64,000 nt of DNA, taken from assembly GCA_053919585.1 (NCBI GenBank), contig CM132785.1. The stretch is one strand, 5' to 3'. The notes beneath the pieces were generated by a model. That model saw only the letters and a program-made list of their open reading frames with translations, made no database searches and was not told the origin of the DNA. Of this stretch, positions 50,165 to 62,721 are shown one piece after another. A program made the translations under genes and the position numbers. Source of the stretch: Euprymna scolopes (lineage: Eukaryota). Numbering within the stretch: position 1 is the first letter of the stretch; each line of letters begins with the position of its first letter.

Positions 50165-52486
50165 TTTTTTTTTTTTTTTTTTTTTTACACAGTGATCACC
50201 ACTTATCAAGGCCCGGAAGCCACTCAGGGATAAGGGTTAGTGCAAGTACATCACGTTAGTGAGGAGATTTTATGAAGTGTTTAATTAGGGGGGGGCGGTT
50301 CATTAGGAATTTGTTAACATTAGACTTGAAGACATCCAAGTTGTAGTCCGGAGGGAAGCAGGCAGACGGAACAGAGTTCCACAGGCGTGCAGTTCTAAGA
50401 AAGAAGCTTTGCTCATGAAATCCGCGTTTTGATTTAGGCACAGATATAGAGTGGGGGAAATTTTTCACAGTGGATTCAGCTAGACGGGTGTTTTTCGTGA
50501 AAGTTTGGCGAGGGGGGACCAGGGATTGGAGTTCAGACGAGCACCTGCCATGAAAATAACGATAAAACAAGGATAGGCTCGCAACGTCTCTTCTGTGGGA
50601 GAGGGGTTGCAGGGTAGAGGAAAGGGCATCCCCCACTAAACCACGAAATCTATTTTGTACTCTGTCAAGGCATGATAGGCTGTTTTTGGCAGCTCCTGCC
50701 CAGATATGGCAACAGTATTCCATCCTTGGCCGTACTTGGCTTTTATATAGATAGAGAATTGCATCAGTAGTGAGATATCTTCTGGAGCGGTAGAAGGATC
50801 CCACCATCTTTCCTGCGACCTTGGCAACAGACTTGATGTACGTGTTCCATTTCAGATCAGGAGTAAAGGTCAAACCCAGAAGCTTGTCAAAACACGGGGC
50901 CTCACCCAGACGAGAGCCATCCATCACAATTGATGCCAGCTGGGGATCAGAGCGTTGATGATGTAAGGATAGGAGTTTGGTTTTAGATGCATTAAAGGTA
51001 ACTAGCCACATCTTCCCCCACTGAACCACGCGCTCGAGATCAGAGGAGAGAGAATCCGAGAGAACTCTGTCATTTACAGCCTTTGATGTGTTGCCGTAGA
51101 TGGTCGTGTCATCAGCATAGATGTCAACGAATGATTTAAGTATGTGTTTAGGGAGGTCATTGATGTAGATCAGGAAGAGAGTTGGGCCCAGGATTGACCC
51201 CTGAGGGACTCCAGCATTTATATTGCAGGCCTCCGATTTTTGTCCATCTACCACTACTCTTATGAGCCTATCGGAGAGAAATGATTTAATGATTGAGAAA
51301 ACATTTCCAGTTATACCGTAGCTGGAAATCTTGTGAAGTAGACCCTTATGCCATACTTTGTCAAAGGCCTTTGATATGTCAAGAGCAATTGCCCTAGAAA
51401 GGAAGCATTTGTCAAGAGATTCACTAATCCTGTGGGATATAACCGTCAGCACATCTGCGGTAGATCTTGCAGAGCGGAAACCATATTGTGTGTCACTAAG
51501 AAGGTTATTCCTGCTGAGGTGGTTGACTATTTTTCTATTTAATATTGATTCCAGTAACTTACTCATAACACAGAGAAGACTTATTGGTCTGTATTGAGAG
51601 GGAGAGGACTTATCACCTGAATTCTTAAATACAGGGCAAACTGATGAGGTCTTCCAGGGGGTCGGAAAGCACTTCTCCTTAAGGCAGCGCTTAAATAGTT
51701 TCGTAAGTATGGGAGCAAGTTCTGGTTGAAGCTTTTTTAACACTATAATTGGGATGCCATCAGGGCCAGTTGCTTTACTGGAATCTAGGTTTTTTATTAG
51801 CTTGGCGACCTCATGCACGGATATTTGTATGTTACCTAGCTTGTTCTGTGTTATAGAAGGAAATATGGGGAGTTGATGGCCTTCGTCGCATAGGGTAGAA
51901 TTAGCTGCAAAGTTCTTTGCAAATAGTTTGGCCTTGTCTGACGCTGACGAGATAACCTCTGGTCCATTGATAATGGTTGGGATAGAACGCACACTTCTGT
52001 TCAGGATCCTATTTGTTATTTGCCAAAACTGGTGGGAACCAAGTCGCTGATCAGCTACCTTGGATTTAACAGACTGGGCATATAGCTCTCTTGCATTTTT
52101 TATTACTCTTTTACAGTGGTTGCTGGCAGTCCTGAAAGCAGCTTTAGTCTCAGTGCATCTATTACGTTGGTAGTTATGGAAAAGGTGATTTCTGTGCGCG
52201 ATAGCAGCAGCACATTCTGGGGAGAACCATGGCTGGCTGTTAGGTTTTTGTTGGAATTTTTTAGATGGTATGAATTGGTCCTATGGCTGACTGGGATAGC
52301 TTCCGTACATTCATATCTGATTCGATACTCTATGGCTGACTGGGATAGCTTCCGTACATTCATATCTGATTTACCTCTGCACTCCATGTTTAAAAAGGAA
52401 GTGTCCTCTATAGTATCATATCTGACCGAATGGTTAATTGTAGGCATAGACCAATTCATACCATCTAAAAAATTCCAACAAAAATT
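50165..52486 (-). mobile_element. Young CR1-group (Crack/Daphne-like) LINE, 5'-truncated with 5' inversion; TSD CCAACATTTT
   Basis: Poly-A tail (T22 at 50165-50186); TSD at 50159-50168 and 52487-52496; inverted upstream piece at 52281-52486. Confidence 0.95.
50256..52280 (-). CDS. LINE ORF2 reverse transcriptase (5'-truncated, no disabling mutations)
   Basis: KATGPDGI, YRPISLL, QYGFR, ALDISKAFDKVWH, GVPQGSILGPTLFLIYINDL, YADD. The frame stays open upstream of 51992 to the inversion point (DQFIPSKKFQQKPNSQPWFSPEC). Confidence 0.96.
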   Translation of the reverse strand, partial: DQFIPSKKFQQKPNSQPWFSPECAAAIAHRNHLFHNYQRNRCTETKAAFRTASNHCKRVIKNARELYAQSVKSKVADQRLGSHQFWQITNRILNRSVRSIPTIINGPEVISSASDKAKLFAKNFAANSTLCDEGHQLPIFPSITQNKLGNIQISVHEVAKLIKNLDSSKATGPDGIPIIVLKKLQPELAPILTKLFKRCLKEKCFPTPWKTSSVCPVFKNSGDKSSPSQYRPISLLCVMSKLLESILNRKIVNHLSRNNLLSDTQYGFRSARSTADVLTVISHRISESLDKCFLSRAIALDISKAFDKVWHKGLLHKISSYGITGNVFSIIKSFLSDRLIRVVVDGQKSEACNINAGVPQGSILGPTLFLIYINDLPKHILKSFVDIYADDTTIYGNTSKAVNDRVLSDSLSSDLERVVQWGKMWLVTFNASKTKLLSLHHQRSDPQLASIVMDGSRLGEAPCFDKLLGLTFTPDLKWNTYIKSVAKVAGKMVGSFYRSRRYLTTDAILYLYKSQVRPRMEYCCHIWAGAAKNSLSCLDRVQNRFRGLVGDALSSTLQPLSHRRDVASLSLFYRYFHGRCSSELQSLVPPRQTFTKNTRLAESTVKNFPHSISVPKSKRGFHEQSFFLRTARLWNSVPSACFPPDYNLDVFKSNVNKFLMNRPPLIKHFIKSPH

Positions 52487-53091
52487 CCAACATTTTGGAA
52501 TTCTTTGGCTTTGAAACTGATTTTTTGTGCCTATTTTCTAAACCTCACTCACTGTCCATCAGCAGTCACGATTTTTCCTAAATTGACCTTTAATTCTAAA
52601 CACGTGTTCATAATACTTGAAGTATGAATGGGTTGTTGCATTGTGTAAAGGCATATGATGCAATATTTTCCAAAGACCCTATTTTAGAAAGATGGTCTTA
52701 AACATTTGTTAATGACTGTTCAATGTAAATTCTAATTTGACTTTTGCTCAGATTTGATGACACTAATTACCAATTTTGAAACTGATATATTTTTTGGATA
52801 AAAATTCGGTGAATGTCTTTGTAAAAAAAAAAAAAAAAAAAAAAAATAAATAAATAAACTCATGTATTTTCAGAAAGATGTTTTGGGACAAGCTTTTTTT
52901 ATGAGAGTCACTACTTAAGGTCCAAAGGCCACTCGAGGATAAGTGTTCATGAATGTATGGTGGCCACTGAGACTCCTTGCACATTAAAGTATTCAAGAAT
53001 GTCTTATGAACATCTTCGGATGGATAATTCCACTGTAGTGTGTGTGTGTGTGTATATATTTGTAGTTTGCTTGAAGCATTGTGCATCCCCC

Positions 53092-53123
<32 letters not shown>

Positions 53124-53848
53124 CTTATTTAGTTTAAATCCAATGATCGAGAAATAGAAAATACATAATTTTTTCAGACTTCTATTCTAGCTTGACAGTG
53201 ATTGATAGAGGAAACCATATTATTTGTACACACATGAAATATAAGAAAGATGCCACTGTCTAATGAGCACTGACAGTGATAGTCCTGACTTGAGCTATGT
53301 GGTCATCAGAAAAAAATCAAAGGACTGACCTATTTTAAAAGAAGCAACTAAAATAACAATTCTTAAACTTTCATATGTAGATTACAAAACTAATATTATA
53401 CAATACATGAAAATGGAAAACAACATTGGATATGTTAGACAAACAACAAATTATATGGCTATCAACCAACAGAGATAAAATGTGGGTTTGCTGCTTTGCA
53501 GAAGAAATAACGTATTAAGCATCAAAATTGAACATATGCATAATCACTAGAAGTGGAAGTTTCACTTCTGTACACCTTTTGCAATCAGCTACCTGGTTAA
53601 ACATATTTCGGTAGGCTGTAAAAAAAAAAAAAAAATAGGAATACCCACAAGAAATACTATCACCTGTCATACCACACAACATAATGCTTTAAAAAAAAAT
53701 GTGCCTACTACTAAGTTACCTGAAAAAAATAAATAGTCCCCAGCTTCTGTATAAGTAACCAAAGATCCAATTAAATAACTTTGTTGAACTTATCAAATGA
53801 TTATTTAAAAAATATATTAGGATACAAAATGACATAATGTTGATATGC

Positions 53849-53885
<37 letters not shown>

Positions 53886-54381
53886 CTCTTAGTTCTAAAG
53901 ATTGACATTTCATATCACTGTGAACAAGGAAGTAATTTTAAAATATCATGTCAACGTGATTTTAAATAAAATATATTTTAAGATTCTTAAATTAACGAAA
54001 AATATTAGAATGGTTATTTTGAAAAATAAACTATTTTATTATGGCATTTTGGACCATTTCCCTAATTCCCAACGATTTCTTTGATTTCTATTTGTTATTA
54101 TTTCTGAATTCATCCGATTCTATTTAAAAGAAAATTCATTGCGTCATGTGATCTGATAATTTCCAAAAATGTATTAGAAAAATTCCAATTGGTTAATAGA
54201 TTGTTTTAAAATCTGCCTGAAGAGTGGATTTCAAGATTGATGGAAAATCTGTTTTAATTATAGTTAGAAATTCTATTTTTTTCTCCTCCCTGCTACTTCT
54301 TTCTAATAGAAGAGATGTTGTGAACCTGTCTCTTCTATCATTATAAATCCATTAACATTTATCCCTGATAAGAAGTGATTG

Positions 54382-54414
<33 letters not shown>

Positions 54415-55286
54415 ATATATATATATGTATATAAGTGAACCTGTCTGTGTGTACATTTCCCTACGCAATAACTCTGTCAATTTTCAGTCTATAGACTCGA
54501 AATTTGATATACAGGGTACTAAGATTTGGGAAAATCTTTGTGATCGGTTTCTGGCCAGAAATTTGGCTGTTAAGGGGTCAAAGTTCAAGGATTTGACCTT
54601 TGAGAACTCTACCAAACTCCTCCGCTAATTTTGGGTCTAAACACTTGAAATTTTAGATATAGGTTCCTTTGACATGGATTTAACTTAACTTGATTTGAGC
54701 CCCAAACAATAAATGTTAAGGGGTCAAAGTTAAAAAAAAATTGACTGCTTTGGTCTCTACCAAATTACTCAGACAATTTCTGGTCTAAACATTTGAAATT
54801 TTACATAAAGGGTATTCAGAGATATGGGAAGCTTTTTAATCGGTTTGGGTTGAAAATTTTTAGTTACCAATATACAAATGTATGCATGTTTGCATGTCTG
54901 CCTTAAACTTACGACAGAGGCTACGGATTTTTACAAGATCAGTATCGTTTTGAAGTTTGACCTTTCAGACGACAAATATTGAAAAATTGGCTAAAAACAT
55001 TAATATCTTCACCTTCAACTGGGCACTTTTCTACAGGGGGAGGGTCGTTTTTTTTTTTTGCCGATATTTTTGAAAGTCATTCTCTCCTTTCGATTGTCTA
55101 GCCTTAATTTAAACCTACATCACTTCCGGTTTGGTGGTGGTCATAACAGCAAAGACGTCAGGGTTTTTTTCCCCCGTTCCTTTCCTCCTCCGTGGTACAG
55201 GTTCCAGCCTGCCTTCCTACTACCACTTTTTTTTGTTCAATACACACACATCCAAACACCCGGGCAACGCCGAGCTGAAATGCTAG
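54382..55286 (+). mobile_element. Non-autonomous Helitron, both termini present
   Basis: (TCTA)n/(TA)n 5' end; CCCGGGCAACGCCGAG hairpin and CTAG|T 3' end; 54590-54730 is homologous to the reverse complement of 33540-33690. Confidence 0.8.
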
Positions 55287-57129
55287 TATATTAAAAAACA
55301 AAAAACAAAAAAAAAACAAATAAAATAATATTCAGTTATTTTATTTTTTTTTTTTTCATACTAATGAAATCCCGTTTACTATATAAATCCCTTTTTTTTT
55401 TTTCTAGTTATTAACTTCAGTGTCTGGGTTTTATTATGTGTGGAAAATGGGATGGGCATTATTTCAGATAATCCACTTGAAAAATATAGTATTCTATTCC
55501 AATACATAGCTTACATATTGCATTTATAAAGGTCGGTTCTTAACTGGCTAAAGATGTTTTGGAATAAATCCAAGATTCTCTGAATTTCTTTTTATTATTT
55601 TGGTAAACTGAATTTGATGCTTTCTCTACAAAATATTTTACTTGGAATCTCTTGAGGTTTTTATTTTTAACTAGCTGCACTTGCACGGTGTTGCCTGGGA
55701 GTATTTTTACTTTGATTTTTGTTTCATCCATTGTCATATCTCCTTTTGTTTTGTTTTTCTTCATTTATTGTAAGAAACTATTTATATCTTTGAAGATAAT
55801 GAAAGAATATGTTATTTAAAAAAAAATCGATTTTGCAATAAATCCAATAAATGCTTCTACTTTTTTGTTTTTAAACTAGTCCTTTTTTTTTTTTTTGAAT
55901 TGGACCTTGAAAGTTTAATTAGAACAGCATTGTATGATCATTAAATTATTAATTGAGCCAGTTGTTATAAAACTAAACTAAACGGAAGAAAAGATGGGGT
56001 TTCTTGTTTAATGCCACAGAAAACGAAGTTACTTTAGCACAGGCATGAAATTATTTTATGGTTTTATTAATGTGAATATGTTAGAATAGAAACATGACAG
56101 ATTAACACTTGAACTCATATCTGCTGATGTCCTCATCTTTTATAGACTCTCAATGTATCGTAAGATATTTTATCTCAACTGCTTTTCACTCCATGACAGT
56201 AGCAAAATACCTTAAAATTCAATACAAATCTTAGTAGATCCTTGGTTGCAAAAAGGAATGTCCATTTTTGCCTCTGTAAACAGAACTGTTAACAACCTTG
56301 AAAGGTGATAGCCTTTCATCTTCAACAGGAACTGGAAGCACTTTCATCTGTCTTTGAAGATGTGAGTTTACAGCCGTTTGAAGGAGGTCAATATGATGCC
56401 TTCTGATGAAAAAGATACTATTCTTGCATTGAGACGATATTGCAGAAGTTCATAATTAATGTTCATGTAAGGAATGGTTCTTAAAAACAGGTCGGCAATT
56501 CAGACAAAAATCTCAGGCAGACTTAAATAATAATTATTGAGCCTAATCATTTAGACTTAAATAAAAGTCTCAAGGAGATGAACAGAAAGAGCTGTGCAAT
56601 GATTCTCATTCAGAGAGTTGAAGTTCTGATCCTCCATCATGGCTATTTTTTGTGGAACTCTGTTCCATCCTTCTTGTATGGCTGCTTGAGTGGAACCGCA
56701 AAAGAAGAGGCCCACGTGCAAAAAGCCCACCAAGGCGAAACCCGCACCAAATACAATTGACCAATTTGAATGGTCCAAAACAGATATATTGGTAGGTATG
56801 ATGTAATTGTCAAATTTCTTACAGTATTTATCATATTGCACCATTTTGGGGAAGTATACAGTTTATTCATTATTGTCTTTTAATTTAATTGTTTATTTTA
56901 CAAATCTTCACCTAATAAATAGGGTAATTCTTAAGCCTTGATTATGCAACGACTTTAGGAAGAAGAAAGTTGTATTTCTTTTGTATTTATTCCCCACTCC
57001 TCTCTCTCTCTACTCACCTCCTCTGTCTCTTTCTTTAAAGTCCATTTTTATCATTTCCTCCCATGTTTTCCTTGTGAACTGAACCTGCTATTTTAACTGT
57101 TCTAATGTAAGAACTTTCTTCCATTCTTT

Positions 57130-57545
57130 TCAATACCATCGAAGTCTCATGTTTTACATGGATCTCCGTATACTGTCTAGATTTAATCCTGCTTTGAAGT
57201 CATCACCTTTAAGTCAAGTCTATTTTTAAGACTGACATAACACATCCATTGTATGATTCTCATGCCATTTTTTTCCATGCAACACATATCCTCAACCCAT
57301 ACTGGCCAGATTTCACTTTCACACATGTCTGATAGACTCTTCCTTTGATCAACTATAGTAACGCTCTGCTGGTTATTAATGAAACAAGTTCCCTGAACTT
57401 ACTGCATTCACTCCCAACTCTTCCAATCATACTAGCACCTGCTCCACCCTATGCTCTAATGGTATCACTAAAATAACAAAACTTCTTATTAACTTTGGCA
57501 TCCAAATATACTTTGTCCACATCTGAGTTATCATCCATCTCAGTT
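57130..57545 (-). mobile_element. Degenerate RTE-clade LINE fragment
   Basis: Reverse-complement similarity to 22100-22400 (AGTAAGTTCAGGGAACTTG...ACCAGCAGAGCGTTAC...GATCAAAGGAAGAGTCTATCAGACATGTGT). Confidence 0.75.
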
Positions 57546-58764
57546 GTCTCACTTCTCATTTATCCATATTGTTTAATCACTGCTTATTTATGATTTTTTT
57601 TTTAAAATTATGTAAAACCTTTTTATTGTACCCAATAAAATATTCAAATAAAAATATATAGAACATTAAAATGAGTGTTAGCAATTTTTTTTATTTCCTA
57701 TATGCTCAATGGTTTTGTTTTCTAATCAGTTTTCATAAACTTTGCAAAATTTATTTGCCTCACTTGAGACCATTGACAGGTTGTTCCGTGTTCTTTGTCA
57801 CTAGGTTTACAGTTTACATCCTGTAATGTTCTTGTGAAGCATCTTTGTAAATCCCTTTGTAAATGTTATTGAAACACAAGAAAATAAACTATAGCTTGCT
57901 TTCCTGAAATAGATGCAGATTTCATCAAAGTTGCTTCCTTGCTGGTAGAACCGAAATACCTTTTGTTTTTACTCTTCTCTCTCTCCTCACCTCCTCTGTC
58001 TCTACCCTCTTTATATACCACTACCTCTCTTTGTACATCTTCCTCTCTTTCTCTCTCTACATTTCTCTATGTACTTCTATGTTTTGTTTCTGTCTACACT
58101 TACTACCTTTATTGTATCTTTTTCTTTCTCTCTCCTTCTTTCTTCAAATGATAGGGAATGAGAATAACTTTCTAGCTTTTCCTCATTTGCTTTTTTGTTT
58201 GTGATAATGACAGATCAACATGAGCTATAAGTTGGTTCTATTTTCTATGTAAATAGAAGTTGTTAACCTTGTGTATGTATAAGGGTGGGGAAACAGTTGC
58301 TATTTGGCATATCTACAAAAAGTAATGGTAGATCTTACCCAATGGTTTTGTATCCTATTGTCAGGATGTTTGTTATTCTGTTTGAATTTTTTATTCTTGT
58401 AATTACTCGATACCAGCATTTTAATGATATCTTAATAAACATACAAATGCTTATATTTCCACTGTGTGCCCCCTTTTAACAAAATAAGTTATTTTGTTAA
58501 TTTTTTTTTTTTAATCTTAAAAATGACAAATTTATAGATCGTAAATTAATTTTATCCTAAAATTGAATTCATAATTTTTATTTTTTTAACGTTGAAGACG
58601 ATTCACAAGGAAAGGTTCATTATTTACAAAAAATAACTTTCATGATTACTTTTTCATTTACTTGGTTTAGTTTATTTTTTTTTTTAATTTGGACTTTTCC
58701 CATGTATGCTCAGTTTTGGATTTCTTTTTATAATTAAATCTACTTAATATTTTAAGTATTTGTT

Positions 58765-58910
58765 TTCATTTAACTGCATCTACATTTTTTTTATTTAACT
58801 ACATCTACATTTTTTTTTTTATTTAACTACATCTACATTTTTTTCATTTAACTGCATCTACATTTTTTTTTATTTAACTACATCTACATTTTTTTTATTT
58901 AACTACATTC
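58765..58910. repeat. Short tandem repeat, ~24-28-bp unit (TTTAACTRCATCTACATTTT) x6
   Basis: Direct reading of the sequence. Confidence 0.9.
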
Positions 58911-59174
58911 TCGAAATGTAAAAACTTGAACATTGTGTATCGAAGGATCTTATGTATTCCCATTTGTACTTTAAGAGTGAGTGGAAAGTGGTAATTGAAA
59001 CGGAGTTGGTCTGCTTAACAACCTAAACCGACACAATGTTTCTACTTCTAAAATCCAATCTCTAGTCCACATCATGAGAGGTGCTAACACGATTAAGTGG
59101 AAGAGCTGTGTATCTGGAAATACGATATCACTTTTTAATATATTTTGAATTATTTTTCTTGGGCAATATGTCTC

Positions 59175-59205
59175 TATCCGGGCATCACCGGATAAATACA
59201 GCTAG
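59175..59205 (+). mobile_element. Isolated Helitron 3' terminus (degenerate minus-strand ones also at 49275 and 55671)
   Basis: TATCCGG-gcatca-CCGGATA hairpin, 7 nt, then CTAG. Confidence 0.55.
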
Positions 59206-60678
59206 CCTTTTAATAAAACCTAAGAAATTATCACATTTTTATTTTAAAGTCTGCATTGACTTTAGAGGTTACTTCTATAGGAAGCTGGTGGGTTCTTTGT
59301 TTAGAATAATAAAAAAAGGAATTAATTTGAATGAGTAAGAAAAAAAAAATGGAGAAAAGTGATACAATATAACTCACAATATATTATCAGTGTTTCAAAT
59401 TGATAGTTTCTATTTACTTCCCTCCCTAGAAGGGCCGAGTTATTCAATTAGAACATAGAATGGAGTTTAATTTTTGTCTATACTATTTCATTTTAGTTGA
59501 TGTGTGTATAACCTTCATTACATTAGGCACTGCTGACATGATGGGGCTCACTGATGTGGATGTTGCTAATATAGTGTTGATCGCTCCCAATCAATGTTAT
59601 ATTTACCATTGTTTAAAAGAATTTTAAACAACATTTAAAATTCTTTTAAAAAACATTTTGAATCTGTAAAGAATATAAAAATTCTATTTAGGATATTCAT
59701 TTTAGGGTCCATGTTTTTATTAAGTGTTCATTTTATGTCTGGTAATAATATAAGAAATAATCTATTTTCACTCTTTGGTGTTGCTTATAATAAACCTACT
59801 TGTTGTCATGCACACACCTGCTGCGTCTGAAGCTGTTGCAATAAATTTCCTTTGTAAATCCAAGCTGGGCAGTTCGTTTTCTCTTATATACTCGTCCTTG
59901 TTATTCACTGCAAAAAGTTAATCCACTTCCTTAAGCTCTTTATTCTCTTTTCATGTTTACCGTGGTCGTCATTTCAATAGTTCCATTTAAGGCTTTCTTT
60001 TACTTTAACATTCTTGCTTTTTTATCTTCTGTCTCATAATGAATTTTAGTTAGGTAGGTATATTTAGAGAATGATTTTATTAAAAAAAAGACTTTACTGT
60101 ATGAATTATGTATTTTTTGTATATACATTACCGTCTTTGGAACATCAACCAAAGATCAAAGGCTAATAGGGAAGCAATAGTATTTCTTCTTTTAAAAAAT
60201 CACTAGCACATAAAAATGATTATTTTGCAGTAAGTTTTATATTTTCTTAAAAATAAATACAAGTTAAGGTTTATATCATTGTTTTGATTCTATTTTGCAA
60301 TAAAACCATATTTACACAAGAATAATAGCATACCGAGGAGTTGTCTTAAAAAAAATGTCAAAAATTCAGAGGTAAATTAATTGCCTGAAAACAATTTGAT
60401 TACCAACTCCCTGAGTTGGTTTTAAGAAACCGAATCTCATAAAAAGTAGACTTCCTAATTATTGTTACTGTCTTCTAGTCTTCATATAATAGAATGCACA
60501 GATACTGTTCTCTCATTTAAATAAAGATCAACAAAAGAAACTCCAATTTATTATGGTGCAGATTTAAAGTTTCTAGTCAAATACTGAAAGAATTAGTAAA
60601 AAGTTCTGCTTTGTTTCAGAATTGATTATTCAAGATCTAAAAGTTTCTGATTTTGACCACGATTAAATATATACGTAT

Positions 60679-60984
60679 ATTACAATAGAAAAATGCGAGC
60701 ATGAAAAAGTAAAGGATTAGTTAAAACTGGAAAAGAAAAGGACAAGATATTCTAGTAACAAATATAATAAATTTATAACTGAAAATATTGCAACATTAAG
60801 AAAGTATTATATAATGTTATAAATTGAACTAAAAAAATTCTTAATGCTGCAATATTTTATTTTTTTATTGTATTTTTTACTAGAATATCTTGTCCTTTTC
60901 TTTTCCAGTTTTAACTAGTCCTTTACTTTTCCATGTTTAAGCTTAACCATATTACTTTTCATGCTCACATTTTTCTATTGTAAT
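60679..60984. repeat. Foldback/MITE-like inverted repeat, ~120-bp imperfect arms
   Basis: TAGTTAAAACTGGAAAAGAAAAGGACAAGATATTCTAGTAA vs TTACTAGAATATCTTGTCCTTTTCTTTTCCAGTTTTAACTA; outer ATTACAATAGAAAAATG vs CATTTTTCTATTGTAAT. Confidence 0.85.
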
Positions 60985-62228
60985 CCATGATTTTTTCAGG
61001 CTTTCAATAAATTCACTTGTTCTTTGTTTAATTTCAGTCTTATTTTGTTTTGCCCATATAAACACATATGTAATAACAATGTTCAGCACTCGTCTACTTT
61101 CAATAAAATCCCCCAAGTATCTTCCTTTCATGCTTTCATTCTGTTTCACTTGTTACTTCTCTTTTTGAGACAGCAGTGAATTAGTACCAACAATAGTCGC
61201 TGAAGCGACATGGTTGCTATGGAAACTTGTCATAAAAAGCGTTGCTCACCTCCTTACATGTTTTTACGATTTTGAACACCAGAAAATTCATCATGACTTT
61301 TATTTTACTGAACGAAAATTGAAAATTTTTTTTTCACAATATAACTGAGAAGGTGATCTATAAACTGTAATAATTGTTTGAAATTTGGTCGAAAAATGAG
61401 TGAGTGATGAAGCTTTAAAGCAGTTCTAAATGACTAAAACTGCCACTTAACCATATATTCAAACACTACCGTGTTTGAATGATATGTAAAACTTAGTGCA
61501 AATGCCAAACATGTTTCTATGACTTTTTATGACCTTGTGTGGCACGTGCGTGACTAATAAAGCACTCATTTGTATTCCTGACTTTGTATCTGTTGTCTCG
61601 ACTTTGAGGTAATCAATTCATAAATATTGCAGATTAAAACTAGAAAACGTTAATCTGTTTTGTTGAAAATTAAAAAGAACAGAAGTTTCACTTCTATCTT
61701 CGTGGCTATAACAAGTAACATTTGGCAACTTAGCATATGAAGCAGGGAACTGTTTTGAAGGTACACCTTTTAATTTGTACTGATAACATCAAAAGAAGTT
61801 TCAATTATTTTATCATTTAATCTTTAAAAGTGAAAGTGTTTATATGAAAAAAAAAAAAAAAAAAAAAAAAAATGTCCCCCCCCCACCTCAATATTGGCTT
61901 ATGAATAAAAATAAATATTTATCTATTTTTAAAATCAAATATGTTTTTTTGTAGGAAGATCGAGAGGAGAACGTTAGCATATGTATCTAATGAAACTTGA
62001 TCTTAAGAATGTTTTGGATTCTAAACGAAGCTAAAACAAGATGTAAGATCTTTAAATGCTTTTAATTCTAATTTAAGCAATATCCAACTTGTTTGTTGTG
62101 CACTACGAACAATTTCGAAATATCTGATTTTAGAATATCATTGGTCAGCTTTGCTTTTTTAGTAGGTGAAGAAAAAAAACAGCAAAAATGTTTGTGTTCA
62201 CTGATTGCATTCTATTTTTATAGAATAA

Positions 62229-62721
62229 CTAGCAGGCTGTCCGGCATTGCCTTGGTGTAAAATACGCATAAATATTATATTTTAATTTGTACAGAAACTG
62301 AGACCTGTGCATGCAAGTATTGTTTTTTCTAAACAATTCACTTTATGTAAGTAAAAAAAAGCATATTTGAGCTTGGATTGAAACCTAAAGATAGTAAGTC
62401 AAGTACAGTAACCATTAGGCCAGCTTAGCACAATATTTAAAAAGTGTTTTCAAACCCACTTATTCTTAACATAAGGAATGTCATGTGAACCATTTATGTA
62501 TGTGCATTCGTGAATCAGTTGACAGATAAAAATCCACATAACAATTTTTCAATTTTAGCTCCTTAGTAGCTGTTTTTTCTGAATGAAAACTGATTAAAAA
62601 GTTTTCCACATGTCTGAATATCCTATGTACCAAATTTCAAGCCTGGAGATCAAAAATTCGTTGAGCATATAGGTTGAGAAGTGTCCTCACACACACATTC
62701 TCACTTTTATAGATATATAGA
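62229..62721 (-). mobile_element. Non-autonomous Helitron, both termini present
   Basis: 5' A|TCTATATATCTATAAAAG at 62721 (similar to the 34747 end); 3' degenerate CCAAGGCAATGCCGG hairpin and CTAG|T at 62229. Confidence 0.75.

Noticed and set aside
52103-52514. Two overlapping ORFs as independent genes
   Set aside because: They are by-products of the LINE 5' inversion.
56090-56870. Possible decayed DNA-transposase coding sequence (minus-strand TDESA-like motif)
   Set aside because: Too degraded to assign by eye; no termini found.
61213-61226. RFX X-box GTTGCTATGGAAAC
   Set aside because: Good match, but it lies deep in an intron within repeat-like sequence and has no other support.
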